In this document: piece by piece, positions 25,001-33,526 of the stretch
Numbering within the stretch: the stretch's first letter is position 1
Layout of the letters: each line of letters starts with the position of its first letter
Origin: a virus
Lineage: Duplodnaviria; Caudoviricetes
Reading direction: 5' to 3' (one strand)
Virus record (IMG/VR): IMGVR_UViG_3300032162_000179
Location: 1 to 33,526 of that record
DNA: 33,526 nucleotides
Notes under the pieces: model-generated
What the model was told of the DNA's origin: nothing
The model's input: the letters and a program-made list of their open reading frames with translations, nothing else
Database searches by the model: none
Made by a program: the position numbers and the translations under genes

Positions 25001-27766
25001 GCTATCCGAATGGCCGCAGCCGCTTGGTACGGCGGCGAAGGCGCGATGATGCGATTCGATGACCCGACGATTTTCCGAAAAGGTGAGCCATCTTTCCGCA
25101 CTTATACTTCGAGCGTTTTGCAACAAACGCTGACGGCGGCGGGTGGCAGACAGTCATCGACGATTAAAGAGTTCGACGCCGAAGCTCAAACTTTGCGCGA
25201 GATCGCCGAAACGCGCGCTCGTATCAATCAGTTGATAAACGAAGGAGGTGACGCAAACAAAAAACAACTCGACGGCTTGCACGATTACGAGAACAATCTT
25301 CAACAAATTGCAAAGCTCGTTGAGCAAATCAATTCGTCCGGGTTGAAGGAGCATCTTGTTATTGGCTTGCCGGACACGCCCGCAGACGCGCAAAAAATGG
25401 TCGAGCGTCTGCAAACCTTTACGCAACTGCAAAACAGCCTGCGCTCACAAACCGAAAGCGCGAAAGAACACCTTTTTGAAGTTACAGCAGAAATGAACGG
25501 TGGGCTGACGCCACTTGAGAAATTCGACCACTCTCTTCAAGTGCTACGCGAGTCGGGCAAATTGACGGCGGCTGATTTTGTTTTGCTCGCAGATGATATT
25601 AAGGCGTTCCGCGAGGAATTGATACGGACAGCGCAAATCGAATATGCGAAAAAACTCAGTGATGAAGCTAAAAGCGCGGGCGATGCGTTCAAGCAAATGT
25701 CTGATTCTTTCCGTCAAGAGTTAGTTGAGAAATCGCCTATTAACGAGTTCCTTCATTCCATCGAGCAAGTAAAAGAATTGAAGCTCGACAGCGGCAATCT
25801 AAATCAGGTGAAAGATATTTTCGCCGTTGGTAATGAAGTCGATACTGAAAAGTTTGCTGCTTATGTTCGTCAATGGCTGACCTTCCTTTCCGCGATGGGC
25901 GGATTCGACGCGACGAAAATTGATGATGTCGTCAATAAACTTCAGGATGCCGCGAGTGGATTTAACTCGGCTACGCAACATAAAACAGACACCGATTTTG
26001 ACTCGATCAAGAAAGACTTGGGCGGGCAGCTTGAAGAGTTGCAACGTGGTGGGCGTGAACTAACTGAGTACGAACGCACTCTACGTCAAATCAACACTGA
26101 TTACAAAGACCTTGATCCGACGCAGAAACAATACCTGTTGAATATGGCCGCGGAGATTGACGCGCAACGAGAGTTCAAACAGACCTATCAGGAAATCCAT
26201 TCAGTCGTCAGAGATTCGTTGCAAACTTTCGTGGATGAAGGATGGGGCGGATTATTTAAGAGTATCAGGAACCGATTCAAAACGATGCTTTTAGATATGG
26301 CAGCGGATTTGATTACATCGAAATTTATGAAGGTGCTGACCGGACAAAGCAACACGTCCAACGCTCCGTCTGGGAATGGTGGTGGCGGGTTCTTGGGCAA
26401 GCTCATCGGCTGGCTCGGCGGTGGCAAGTCGTCCGGCGCTGCGACGACAGGCGGATATGCAGGCGGCAATCCAGCGGCAGCTATTCTGGGCGATCTGACG
26501 GGAGCGGGCGGCGCGTCCGGCCTCTCAATGTTTGGCGGCGGACGACCCGCCGCCAATCAATTCGCATCCCGCGAAGTGCTGGCAATGCTCGGCGGCGGTA
26601 GCGGTGGAAATCTCTCCATCCTTCCGAGCGAAACGCTTTCCGGCCAGAACGCGCAACAGAGCCAAGCGAAAGCCGTCATTGATAGCGTGCAAAAGGGCTT
26701 GCCTAAAGGGGCAACAGGATGGCTGCAAAAGAACATTTTCGGGGGCAGTGAGAAAGGAATGCAGGGCGCATTGATGGGCGGCTCGCTCGGCTTATCGCTC
26801 GGCATGTCGCTCGGTCAAGGCTCGACGCTCGGCAAGATTCTCGGCGGTGCAGGCGGCGCTGTGACGGGTGGAATCCTCGGCACATTGTTGATGGCTGGCG
26901 GCGCTCTTTCGCTGACGCCTGTAGGTTGGGCGCTGCTTGCGGCGGGCGGTCTGGCAATGGTTGCAGGCGCGCTGTTTGGACGCTCCGGGCAAAGAAAGAA
27001 GGACGAAAAAGCGCGGACGCAGTACATCACAGATGCTTTCGCGCAGATTGACGAGCTTACGCATCAAGTGAAAATACACCGTCTCGACGGCGGGCAAGCT
27101 TTAACACAGGCCGCGCAAATCCGCGCGCAGTATCTGCAACAGTCCGGTGCGCTCAAAGACAAAAAGACAAGGAACATCGCCCTTAAAGATGTGAGTCGTT
27201 TAGATGATCCACATATTAAAGCGCTTCGTGATGCAGCTACCAAAGCCGCAAACGAATCCGCCATCGCGCAGAGATTCTCGCCCGAATTTGCGAACGGCGG
27301 CGTCGTCGGCAATCTCTCATCGTCAGAGATGCAACGCATCCTCTCGATGCGTCGCGGTTATGACGATCCGGCGATGCAGTTGATAAAGGTCAAGCCGGGC
27401 GAAAAATTCTTGCCGCCGCATGAACATGCAAAATTGTTAGCAGAAGGTGGAATGATTCCCGGAATGGATAAAGGGCGAGACGACACGTTTATGCTCGCCC
27501 CAACCGGCTCACTCATTCTCAACAAAGCACAACAGGCACGCGTTCCACAGTTCGAGAATGGCGGCACGGTTGGAGAAAGCTCCATCGGGCGCACGCAGAA
27601 GTCTGGCACATCCTCGTCATTCAGTTTTGAGCCGCAAGTGAATGTCACTGTTTCGATTGGTAAACAGGAAATCAGCGAAGCAGTCGTCGAAGTTATGGAT
27701 AGTGAAACCGGACGCAAAGTGACGAAACGAAATCTGATCGTCCTTTCCACTGACAGAAGAATTTGA
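22043..27766 (+). CDS. Tape measure protein (TP901-like core) with lytic transglycosylase domain
   Basis: 1907 aa; GFYQALSSG...AAKAGLTD core, TM-like segments, QESGG..GASGLFQVMP..AAWYGG at about 24740-25130, FANGG C-terminal motifs. Confidence 0.93.
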   Translation: MASPRITIEVSIKDTGDAAFARMKARFEELADVSDKAVSEIGKSLNEKLSSGFAAGGEREYLETIRRLQPELKQLHQNIKDGALDLTDYHRRMQMLDPATRSAIAAANQLGSAFRKTGDEAEHGTNGLGNLLIKLDLLGRATNFIQQKFGEATQEFLQFGRNIANIGSIADDGFDLSKVKEDLMALPPEFGHASDEARGFYQALSSGVAAADALQFTKDSAIAAKAGLTDLFTTVDASTTVLNSYGIAASNVTNVYDLMFETVKRGKIEFPQLASYIGNVSNISAQAGISIQEMFAVIATATATTKPAIAVDAFRSAITGILKPSEEATKLAEQLGLQFDVAAVRAKGFSGFLADVMEKTHGNIESLATLFGNVEGLNSILSITGAQSNNFTQSIEAMKQAFGSADPTLNAFNKQQESLGAQMDASGVLIEKGFLKVFGLIEPTLIAVLLVINKYPVPFGVAAAAVGALTVAHLLLNTQLVATAVTSIPALIRGLMQTIATMISLEATMAAGATGIVAFTAGWGLLAIAVLGGLYALSQYSQAQAKTAEEHQKGIDAIKGQADALNQQRQSLSSLQGDVSHLTLEQGKLAEIYNTLDSTSKAHVNNLIHEKGAVGALADELERLNKANLSEVQTRLTLLANHAFDAFNKFKQAKEEADKAEAAITQARTPGLSDKVIYHHTGEGAIVSEVVTATQQFEQLQQQQEKTSAASRTAEASFNTYKNTLQTGIGVFNQLNGNSQTTIDQFIKQQELTKELAPTSDAFRKSLFGVGDAQNTLANGMNKTNGVIDEQTNKIKALRDQLKELISATRAKIDEKIADIVLHTTDKAAAAARAKDAMQHDDQLKDLLKENTRLKDSQESVEKTFGLVTEHVKKARTSDLADAKKYVRGMKAELGDLQNVLDAMRKGTMGQESGGRQAVVNGRTGASGLFQVMPANVGNWTKEYVGKVLSVTQFKKDVDAQVTVFNGEMGKYLQTAMKRSGGDVKKAIRMAAAAWYGGEGAMMRFDDPTIFRKGEPSFRTYTSSVLQQTLTAAGGRQSSTIKEFDAEAQTLREIAETRARINQLINEGGDANKKQLDGLHDYENNLQQIAKLVEQINSSGLKEHLVIGLPDTPADAQKMVERLQTFTQLQNSLRSQTESAKEHLFEVTAEMNGGLTPLEKFDHSLQVLRESGKLTAADFVLLADDIKAFREELIRTAQIEYAKKLSDEAKSAGDAFKQMSDSFRQELVEKSPINEFLHSIEQVKELKLDSGNLNQVKDIFAVGNEVDTEKFAAYVRQWLTFLSAMGGFDATKIDDVVNKLQDAASGFNSATQHKTDTDFDSIKKDLGGQLEELQRGGRELTEYERTLRQINTDYKDLDPTQKQYLLNMAAEIDAQREFKQTYQEIHSVVRDSLQTFVDEGWGGLFKSIRNRFKTMLLDMAADLITSKFMKVLTGQSNTSNAPSGNGGGGFLGKLIGWLGGGKSSGAATTGGYAGGNPAAAILGDLTGAGGASGLSMFGGGRPAANQFASREVLAMLGGGSGGNLSILPSETLSGQNAQQSQAKAVIDSVQKGLPKGATGWLQKNIFGGSEKGMQGALMGGSLGLSLGMSLGQGSTLGKILGGAGGAVTGGILGTLLMAGGALSLTPVGWALLAAGGLAMVAGALFGRSGQRKKDEKARTQYITDAFAQIDELTHQVKIHRLDGGQALTQAAQIRAQYLQQSGALKDKKTRNIALKDVSRLDDPHIKALRDAATKAANESAIAQRFSPEFANGGVVGNLSSSEMQRILSMRRGYDDPAMQLIKVKPGEKFLPPHEHAKLLAEGGMIPGMDKGRDDTFMLAPTGSLILNKAQQARVPQFENGGTVGESSIGRTQKSGTSSSFSFEPQVNVTVSIGKQEISEAVVEVMDSETGRKVTKRNLIVLSTDRRI

Positions 27767-27768
27767 TT

Positions 27769-28413
27769 ATGGGTCGTTACTTATCTCCACCACTGGCCGC
27801 ACTGCTGGCAAGCGGCTCCTGCAAATCGCACGACGCTGTCGATGTCACGCTCGGCGACGGAACCGCGCTTCATCTTGCGACGGGCAGAGTCCAAGTCGGC
27901 GCGACTGCTTACGAGCCTGATATAGAAGAAGTCGATCCACTGCAACTTAGTCTCGGTCAGGCTGTAGACAAAGCAACTTTCAAAGTACAAAACGTCGATC
28001 TGGTAATGGGTCAGGCCGTGACGGGCGCGAGCAATCCGATGGACGGAGCCGAAGCGGTGCTCGGTATGATCTTTATCGATGAAGAAACGAATGCTGTTTA
28101 TTACGACGAACGGATGCATGGTGAGATCGTCGGCGCGCAAACAACCGAAAAAAACGTGCAGTTCAATGTTATCAGTGACATCTCCGCCGCACAGATCGGC
28201 GGGCGTTTGATAAGCGATGTTTTTCCCTATCGCGATGTGCCGCCAGCGGTGCCGACTCCAGTTGCGCCGGGAGAGATCGGCGGCGGCGGCGGCAGTGGCG
28301 CGGTCGGCGGTGTCGGTGACGGCAGTGGCGAGGTCGGCGGTGGAGGTTTCGGCGGAACCGCGCCGGGCTTCGGCGGCAGTGGCCGTTATCCGATTATGGA
28401 TTCGATTATGTAA
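27769..28413 (+). CDS. Tail tip protein (gpL/DUF2163-like, putative) with Gly-rich tail
   Basis: Follows the tape measure; beta-rich; low-complexity Gly C-terminus. Confidence 0.55.
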   Translation: MGRYLSPPLAALLASGSCKSHDAVDVTLGDGTALHLATGRVQVGATAYEPDIEEVDPLQLSLGQAVDKATFKVQNVDLVMGQAVTGASNPMDGAEAVLGMIFIDEETNAVYYDERMHGEIVGAQTTEKNVQFNVISDISAAQIGGRLISDVFPYRDVPPAVPTPVAPGEIGGGGGSGAVGGVGDGSGEVGGGGFGGTAPGFGGSGRYPIMDSIM

Positions 28414-28416
28414 CGT

Positions 28417-28959
28417 ATGCCAGTACCAGTCATCACACCGAACGGAGCCGCTCTCGACGGCAAACAAACACGGCAGTTCACAGCGAATCAGTCTGTGACA
28501 TGGACGGCGTCGGGCGGAGCGATTACGACAGCCGGATTGTTTACTGCTCCTAATGTCTCGGGCATTTATACGGTGACGGCTCGAAATGATGCAAACGAAA
28601 CATCGAGCGTGACGGTGGCGGTGGCAGCCGTTTGTCCGGTGGTGCCGAGTTGGTCTTATTCGGGCGACTACGACAAAAACTTTTTGCAGTTCATTCCCGA
28701 AAGTGGGGCAGCAGACCGCGAGACGCGCAGCAAAGGCGATTACAAGTACACGCTTGAGATGACCGCCAACAGTCGCCGGAAAGCGCAATTTCTCGAATTT
28801 CTCGCATTTCACAAAGCGCATTACGGGACGACAAAAAACTTCTATTTCGATCACCCTGATACTGGTACGCGTTATTGGATGTATTTCGATGCGAAGCTCA
28901 AGGAAGAATGGTCGAGCGTAAATCTTGTCGCTTACAGCACCGTGATGAAGCAGGTTTAA
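28417..28959 (+). CDS. Ig-like domain fused to gpM-like distal tail domain
   Basis: QFTANQSVTWTASGGAITTAGLFTAP Ig-like N-terminus; FLAFHKAHYG..FYFDHP gpM-like C-terminus. Confidence 0.65.
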   Translation: MPVPVITPNGAALDGKQTRQFTANQSVTWTASGGAITTAGLFTAPNVSGIYTVTARNDANETSSVTVAVAAVCPVVPSWSYSGDYDKNFLQFIPESGAADRETRSKGDYKYTLEMTANSRRKAQFLEFLAFHKAHYGTTKNFYFDHPDTGTRYWMYFDAKLKEEWSSVNLVAYSTVMKQV

Positions 28960-28960
28960 G

Positions 28961-31900
28961 ATGGCAGTCAACGATCTCAAAGATAAGACGAAACGTCTCG
29001 TGCTTCCCTACGGAAAGCATCCGGTGCAGGGTACGCTTATTAAGCACACGGTCGTGTTCGTCGGCAACGATAAGCAGATCACCATCCAGCAGGAACTCGG
29101 CGAAGGCCCATGGGATGCGTGCGAGAAGTTGTGCTATGGCGAAGGCGTCGAGATACCTGCTGAAAATTACCGCTTTCATCCGGGCGCGCCTGACGACGCT
29201 CCAGACGATTTATTTCCAAATGACATCGCGCATCCGAACGCCGCGAAAATCAATGTTCGCCTGCCCGTCGGCATAGCCGATGATAACGATCCATCGAAGC
29301 TTTTCGGAATCTATCGCGGTCTGCGGGTGGCGAACTATGACGGTGCCGGAGTGCAAGTCGATCAGAGCGGCAATCCTGTTCCAAGCGGCGCGAACCCTCT
29401 CAATTATTTTTTTTACAGCACGAGTGTAGCCCGCGTAGTAACCGATCAGATCATCCGCTGGGCGATGCGACGCGCGGCACGCATTAACTGGCCTGAATGG
29501 ATTGACTTCCGTGATTACGGTGGAGAGTTGATCCCGGAGACATTGCCGGACGGGACGGTGCGAATGGTTCCGCGCTTTGAAGCGAACTTAATCTTCGCGC
29601 CACCATATAATCTGCAAACTGCGCTTGATCGCCTTATGGAAATTTGCTGCGGCGATTGGCAGGATGCTAATGGAAAGCTGCGGTTTATGACTCCGCAAGC
29701 GCGCGAACCAATCTTCACTTTCGACCTAACTAAAATCGCCGCAGGCACCTTCAAAACTTATCCGATTGATCGCCGTCGTCGCCCGAATCAGGTTGTCGTC
29801 AACTTTCGTGACCTGGACGATCCGTATCTCTCACCCGCCGATCCGCCCGTTGTCATCAACCGCGAAGCTCTACAACTGGCAGATAAGAACGTCGTCAAGA
29901 CGTATACGATTGATGGCGGAGTAATGCGGCGCTCACAGGCGCAGCGCCTCGGCTCTTACGCCGCACGCGTGCAGTGCGACATGGATGTGCTCGCTGAGTA
30001 TGAAGGCTCGCCATCGTCTTACCATGTGCTGCCGGGTGACACGACGATCACCACTCATAATGTTCCAGCGTGGAACGGCGTGAAGTTCAAGGTAATCGAG
30101 AAAGAAGAATCGGAAAGCAAGAAACTCGGCTCTCCCTTGAAACTCCAAATTACTCGCGACGATCTTTATTCCGATAATGATTACACGCCGCTCGCGCGCC
30201 CGCTGCCGACGACGCGCCCGAACCCTTATGCCGCGCCGCCGGCGCCCGTCTCCGTGCAACTCACGGAAAGCGGCGTAATGCAGCAAGATCAAACGTACAT
30301 TACGGTTGTGCATGGTGTCGTGCAGTTCTCTCCCTTCATCGAAAGCCAAACGGCGCGCCTCCTGTATTCCTTAAACGGGTCGCCTTGGGTAGATGCAGGC
30401 GTACAAATTTCTCCCGATTCGATAACGCTTCAATGCGCATTTGAAGTTCGCGGCGTCGCTCCCGGCTCTTACAACGTGAAAGCGGTGACGGCTTCCGCGC
30501 TGGGAGTGCCGGGTGGCGAAACCTTTGCGACGCCGAATCCTTTCATTGTCACTGGTAAGCAAACCTTGCCAGAGCCGATCTCCAGTTTCCAATTAGATAT
30601 TGAAGGCGCACAATTAGTAGGAAGGTGGACTGCCAGCCCTGACGGCGATATTAAACAATATGAGGTGTATCAGGTTGTCGGAGCACTCGAAACCTTTTTG
30701 ACCTCGACTGGTCTTAACCTCCGTTTTTCAGTCGCCCCGCCAGCCGGAGTCGGTGCCGTCACTTACAGAGTATATGCGCGCAATTGGTCAGGATTAAGGT
30801 CTATTGGGATTTCGCAATCGTTCACCATGCCGCTCCCGCCTGTCGCAATAAACCTTGCGCTCACGGAATCCGGCGCTTACGCACCAGACGGAACGTGGCT
30901 GCCACGCCTGCACTTGGCTTTCACTTTCGGCACCTACTTAGGCGAGCAAACGGCACGCGTGCTCTTGAAGCGACCCGGCGACCTCGTCTGGACGGATGCA
31001 GGAATAACCATTACTCCGGATGAGAACAACAATGGCACGATAGATATTTATCCGGTTTCCAAAGGCCAGCACTGGGTACGGATCGTCGCCGAGAATAGCT
31101 TTGGCCTTGCGGCCGGGGAAGGGCATCCGGAAGAAAACTACACGATAGTCGGCACTGCTCCGGCACCGAACGCGCCGACGAACGTCGTAGGGACATCTGA
31201 CGGCACCTTTGCGTTCTGGGCATGGAACGCCTCGGCTTCGCTCGACGTTGATTACTACGAAGTGCGAGATACGTCAGACGCTTTGCTCGGTTCGACGGCG
31301 CGGCCTGAATTTAGAACGAGATTGGCGTCGGGACAAACAAGCGCGACAATTCGAGTGTATGCGGTTAATCGAAGCGAGCGACGGTCAGAAACTTACGCAA
31401 CAGGTATTCTCAATGCGTCGCGGCCATCGCTCTCAGTATCGTTCTCCGGAGTATTCGATGGCCGTAATGTCACTTGGTCATGGACTAAATCCTCCAGCGA
31501 TGGCGAGGTTTATTACGAGATCGAAGATTCGGCAGGGCAACTGCTGCGACAGGAATCAGGGCTGTCATGGACGGAGCGCATCCCGCCCGGCGTTGCCTCG
31601 GTGACGCGCAGGCTCTACGCGGTGCGCAACGGCGTTCGTTCAGCAACTTATTTTCAACAGACCGTGAGCGTCGATATTCCGCTCGCGCCCGCAAGTTTGA
31701 GCGTGACCTTTGACGGAGCAAACTTAATCTGGTCGTGGCCTGCCTCATCCAGCGCCGACGTGGACGGCTATGAGATCACAACACCAGCAAGCACCGTGCT
31801 GGCGATTGTCGGCGAATCGCGCGAGTGGAAAGAGAAACCGACTTTCGGCACGCAAACATACGCGCGGCGTGTGTTCGCTGTACGCAGGGGACTTCGTTCA

Positions 31901-33526
31901 TCAACATACGCCGAGTTCAGCTTCACGATTCCCGCGCCCGCCGCGCCTACCGGATTAACTGCTACATGGGACGGTAACAAGGTGATCTGGACATGGGCGG
32001 CCAGTTCTTCGCCGGGCGTTTCTTATTACGAGATCGAAGACTCTGGCGGGCAACTGCTGCGACAGGAATCAGGGCTGTCGTGGCCGATGCTTCCAACTTG
32101 GAACACGCAAACTTACACGCGGCGAGTCTATGCCGTGCGCAACGGCGCGCGTTCGGCTTACCTTGAATATGCGTTTTCGATTCCACTTCCGCTAAGCCCT
32201 GCGACGCTCAACGGAGCGTATGCGGACGGCTTTCTTTTATGGGATTGGGACGCTTCCGCTTCGCTCGGCATCGCCTATTATGAAGTTACGGATTCGCTTG
32301 GATTAACCGTGCTGCGGCGCGAAGTCGGCCTCAAATGGAGCGAACGGCCTACTTACGGCGTGCGCGATTACACGCGGCGCGTTTATACGGTGAACAACGC
32401 CGGGCTGCGCTCGACTTCGTATGCAATCCGGCTCGCGCAGTTGCCCGTGCCGAATCCTCCGACCGGCTATCTGCTCGACTTCGACGGCACTTATATTCCG
32501 CACCGCTGGACGGCGTTGCAAGGTTACACCTATGACCTTGCGCGCGCCGCAGATGGCACGCAGATCATTTGGCGCGGCGCGGCGGGCGCATTCGATGAAT
32601 ACGGCTTCGCCGTCACGTCACGCTCGTTGACGAGATACCTGCGCGCGATCAGCGAGCACGGGATCGGTTCGACTTTTGCATCGAGCGTGCTCAATGTCGT
32701 TGCGCCGCCCGCGCCCACTCTCACGAAAGACACGGCAAACGCGCGCGTCGAAAGCCTGCCGGTGCAGGTCAGTACAACGACGCCGCGCTCGAAGATTCGC
32801 TCGACTGTGCTGCAAGTGCGTGTTGCAGGCGCACAGACATGGCCATCAACGGCAGAAGGCACGTCCGGCACGTTTCGCTTTGCGGGCGCGCCCGCGACTA
32901 TCTATGTGCCGTGGCAGGCGGGCGGCTCCATGGAGTTTCGCGTCACGCATGAAGACGCTTTCACCGAAGCCTTGAGCGATCATGTTTGGTCTGCGACGCA
33001 GGCATGGTCATTTCCGAAGTTCAACGACGGCGCGATTGATCCGTCGTCTGTCTTTCTGCGTCGCGCCGGTTATCGCTCTCCGGTTGTGTCGGGCGGTGGC
33101 ACTTTCAAATGGTCTGTCGATTATAAGTTTTCGTGGACGGAGGCGCTCGTCATCTCCGGCGTGCCGGATTATGTGAGCAGCAACCATTCGATTCAGATTG
33201 CCGCGAATCTCGCAGGCACGACAATAGGACAAGCACAGCGTCTCGTCGCCGTTCATGTCATGGGGCAAACAAGCGCGACGCTTCTTGTCGTTGACCTTGC
33301 CACATATCAAGCGCCGGACGAGCAATCCACGACGTTTCATTATCCGCTTGCCGAACGCGCGGCTGGCAGTAACACGTTAAAGGTCTTTACGGGCAATACG
33401 CTTGACCCTGATCGCTATCTGGATGCGGCGGTATTGATTCCTCGTTTTGCGTCGTTCGAGGCTGATTTCAAGACCGTGCAGATCGGCGACGCGACTATTA
33501 AGAATTTATCGGCAGCGAAGATTTTG
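28961..33526 (+). CDS. Central tail fibre/host-specificity protein (gpJ-like) with multiple FN3-like repeats; 3' truncated by window
   Basis: ATG 28961 (MAVNDLKDKTKRLVLPYGKH...); the segments I translated and the window end (..IGDATIKNLSAAKIL) share one frame; absent from the ORF track, consistent with no stop in the window. Confidence 0.85.
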   Translation, partial: MAVNDLKDKTKRLVLPYGKHPVQGTLIKHTVVFVGNDKQITIQQELGEGPWDACEKLCYGEGVEIPAENYRFHPGAPDDAPDDLFPNDIAHPNAAKINVRLPVGIADDNDPSKLFGIYRGLRVANYDGAGVQVDQSGNPVPSGANPLNYFFYSTSVARVVTDQIIRWAMRRAARINWPEWIDFRDYGGELIPETLPDGTVRMVPRFEANLIFAPPYNLQTALDRLMEICCGDWQDANGKLRFMTPQAREPIFTFDLTKIAAGTFKTYPIDRRRRPNQVVVNFRDLDDPYLSPADPPVVINREALQLADKNVVKTYTIDGGVMRRSQAQRLGSYAARVQCDMDVLAEYEGSPSSYHVLPGDTTITTHNVPAWNGVKFKVIEKEESESKKLGSPLKLQITRDDLYSDNDYTPLARPLPTTRPNPYAAPPAPVSVQLTESGVMQQDQTYITVVHGVVQFSPFIESQTARLLYSLNGSPWVDAGVQISPDSITLQCAFEVRGVAPGSYNVKAVTASALGVPGGETFATPNPFIVTGKQTLPEPISSFQLDIEGAQLVGRWTASPDGDIKQYEVYQVVGALETFLTSTGLNLRFSVAPPAGVGAVTYRVYARNWSGLRSIGISQSFTMPLPPVAINLALTESGAYAPDGTWLPRLHLAFTFGTYLGEQTARVLLKRPGDLVWTDAGITITPDENNNGTIDIYPVSKGQHWVRIVAENSFGLAAGEGHPEENYTIVGTAPAPNAPTNVVGTSDGTFAFWAWNASASLDVDYYEVRDTSDALLGSTARPEFRTRLASGQTSATIRVYAVNRSERRSETYATGILNASRPSLSVSFSGVFDGRNVTWSWTKSSSDGEVYYEIEDSAGQLLRQESGLSWTERIPPGVASVTRRLYAVRNGVRSATYFQQTVSVDIPLAPASLSVTFDGANLIWSWPASSSADVDGYEITTPASTVLAIVGESREWKEKPTFGTQTYARRVFAVRRGLRSSTYAEFSFTIPAPAAPTGLTATWDGNKVIWTWAASSSPGVSYYEIEDSGGQLLRQESGLSWPMLPTWNTQTYTRRVYAVRNGARSAYLEYAFSIPLPLSPATLNGAYADGFLLWDWDASASLGIAYYEVTDSLGLTVLRREVGLKWSERPTYGVRDYTRRVYTVNNAGLRSTSYAIRLAQLPVPNPPTGYLLDFDGTYIPHRWTALQGYTYDLARAADGTQIIWRGAAGAFDEYGFAVTSRSLTRYLRAISEHGIGSTFASSVLNVVAPPAPTLTKDTANARVESLPVQVSTTTPRSKIRSTVLQVRVAGAQTWPSTAEGTSGTFRFAGAPATIYVPWQAGGSMEFRVTHEDAFTEALSDHVWSATQAWSFPKFNDGAIDPSSVFLRRAGYRSPVVSGGGTFKWSVDYKFSWTEALVISGVPDYVSSNHSIQIAANLAGTTIGQAQRLVAVHVMGQTSATLLVVDLATYQAPDEQSTTFHYPLAERAAGSNTLKVFTGNTLDPDRYLDAAVLIPRFASFEADFKTVQIGDATIKNLSAAKIL
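31510..32083 (+). repeat. Near-identical ~60-bp patches 513 bp apart within FN3-like repeats
   Basis: 31510-31570 vs 32023-32083, including an identical 32-mer GGGCAACTGCTGCGACAGGAATCAGGGCTGTC. Confidence 0.9.

Larger units (their letters stand above)
1..33526. mobile_element. Temperate siphovirus-like phage/prophage (partial), possibly Mu-like transposable
   Basis: Divergent repressor/cro switch, lysis, terminase, portal, capsid, tail tube, tape measure and tail tip in canonical order; no sheath gene. GemA-, Gam- and MuF-like genes suggest Mu-like, but no transposase is in the window. Confidence 0.95.

Noticed and set aside
28270-28385. GGC-rich simple repeat as a non-coding element
   Set aside because: Explained by the Gly-rich C-terminus of the tail-tip protein.
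27781-28980. 399-aa minus-strand ORF
   Set aside because: Antisense shadow of two convincing tail genes; Arg/His-rich with no motifs.
31510-32083. Diversity-generating retroelement TR/VR pair
   Set aside because: Both copies are in frame within one gene, short, differences are not adenine-specific, and no reverse transcriptase is in the window.
28875-33340. Many short ORFs in the track over the last 4.5 kb
   Set aside because: All overlap the single long plus-strand tail-fibre frame starting at 28961.
1-33526. Genome-wide stop-codon reassignment (TAG recoding)
   Set aside because: Several genes end normally at TAG (terL, tail tube, 7761) and long genes are intact under the standard code; only the cI/S24 junction is suggestive.

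Overview
The whole window is part of one temperate tailed phage or prophage; neither end, nor any integrase or transposase, lies inside it. Left arm (1-3723, minus strand) is an early operon: Cro/Ner-like, CII-like, GemA-like and several HTH proteins, which hints at a Mu-like transposable phage. The immunity region (about 3750-5180) has an HTH repressor, a separate LexA/UmuD-type S24 peptidase and a secreted protein. A probable late activator and an array of CGGACAA repeats precede a long plus-strand late operon: Gam-like protein, M15 endolysin, holin-lipoprotein, an orphan response-regulator receiver, terminase, portal, MuF-like head protein, protease/scaffold, decoration protein, capsid, neck, tail tube (no sheath, so siphovirus-like), tail chaperones, a 1907-aa tape measure with a transglycosylase domain, tail tip proteins and a >1500-aa FN3-repeat host-specificity protein that runs off the end (absent from the ORF track). 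Most notable: (1) an apparent -1 recoding site (A9 run) that would fuse portal to the MuF-like protein; (2) a holin with an internal lipobox that may release a spanin-like lipoprotein; (3) an intact CheY-like receiver plus Zn ribbon coupled to the terminase; (4) a repressor split at a single in-frame TAG; (5) a tandem-duplicated tail-chaperone slippery site; (6) two antisense genes with leaderless extended -10 promoters. All product calls come from motifs and gene order read by eye; no database search was run.
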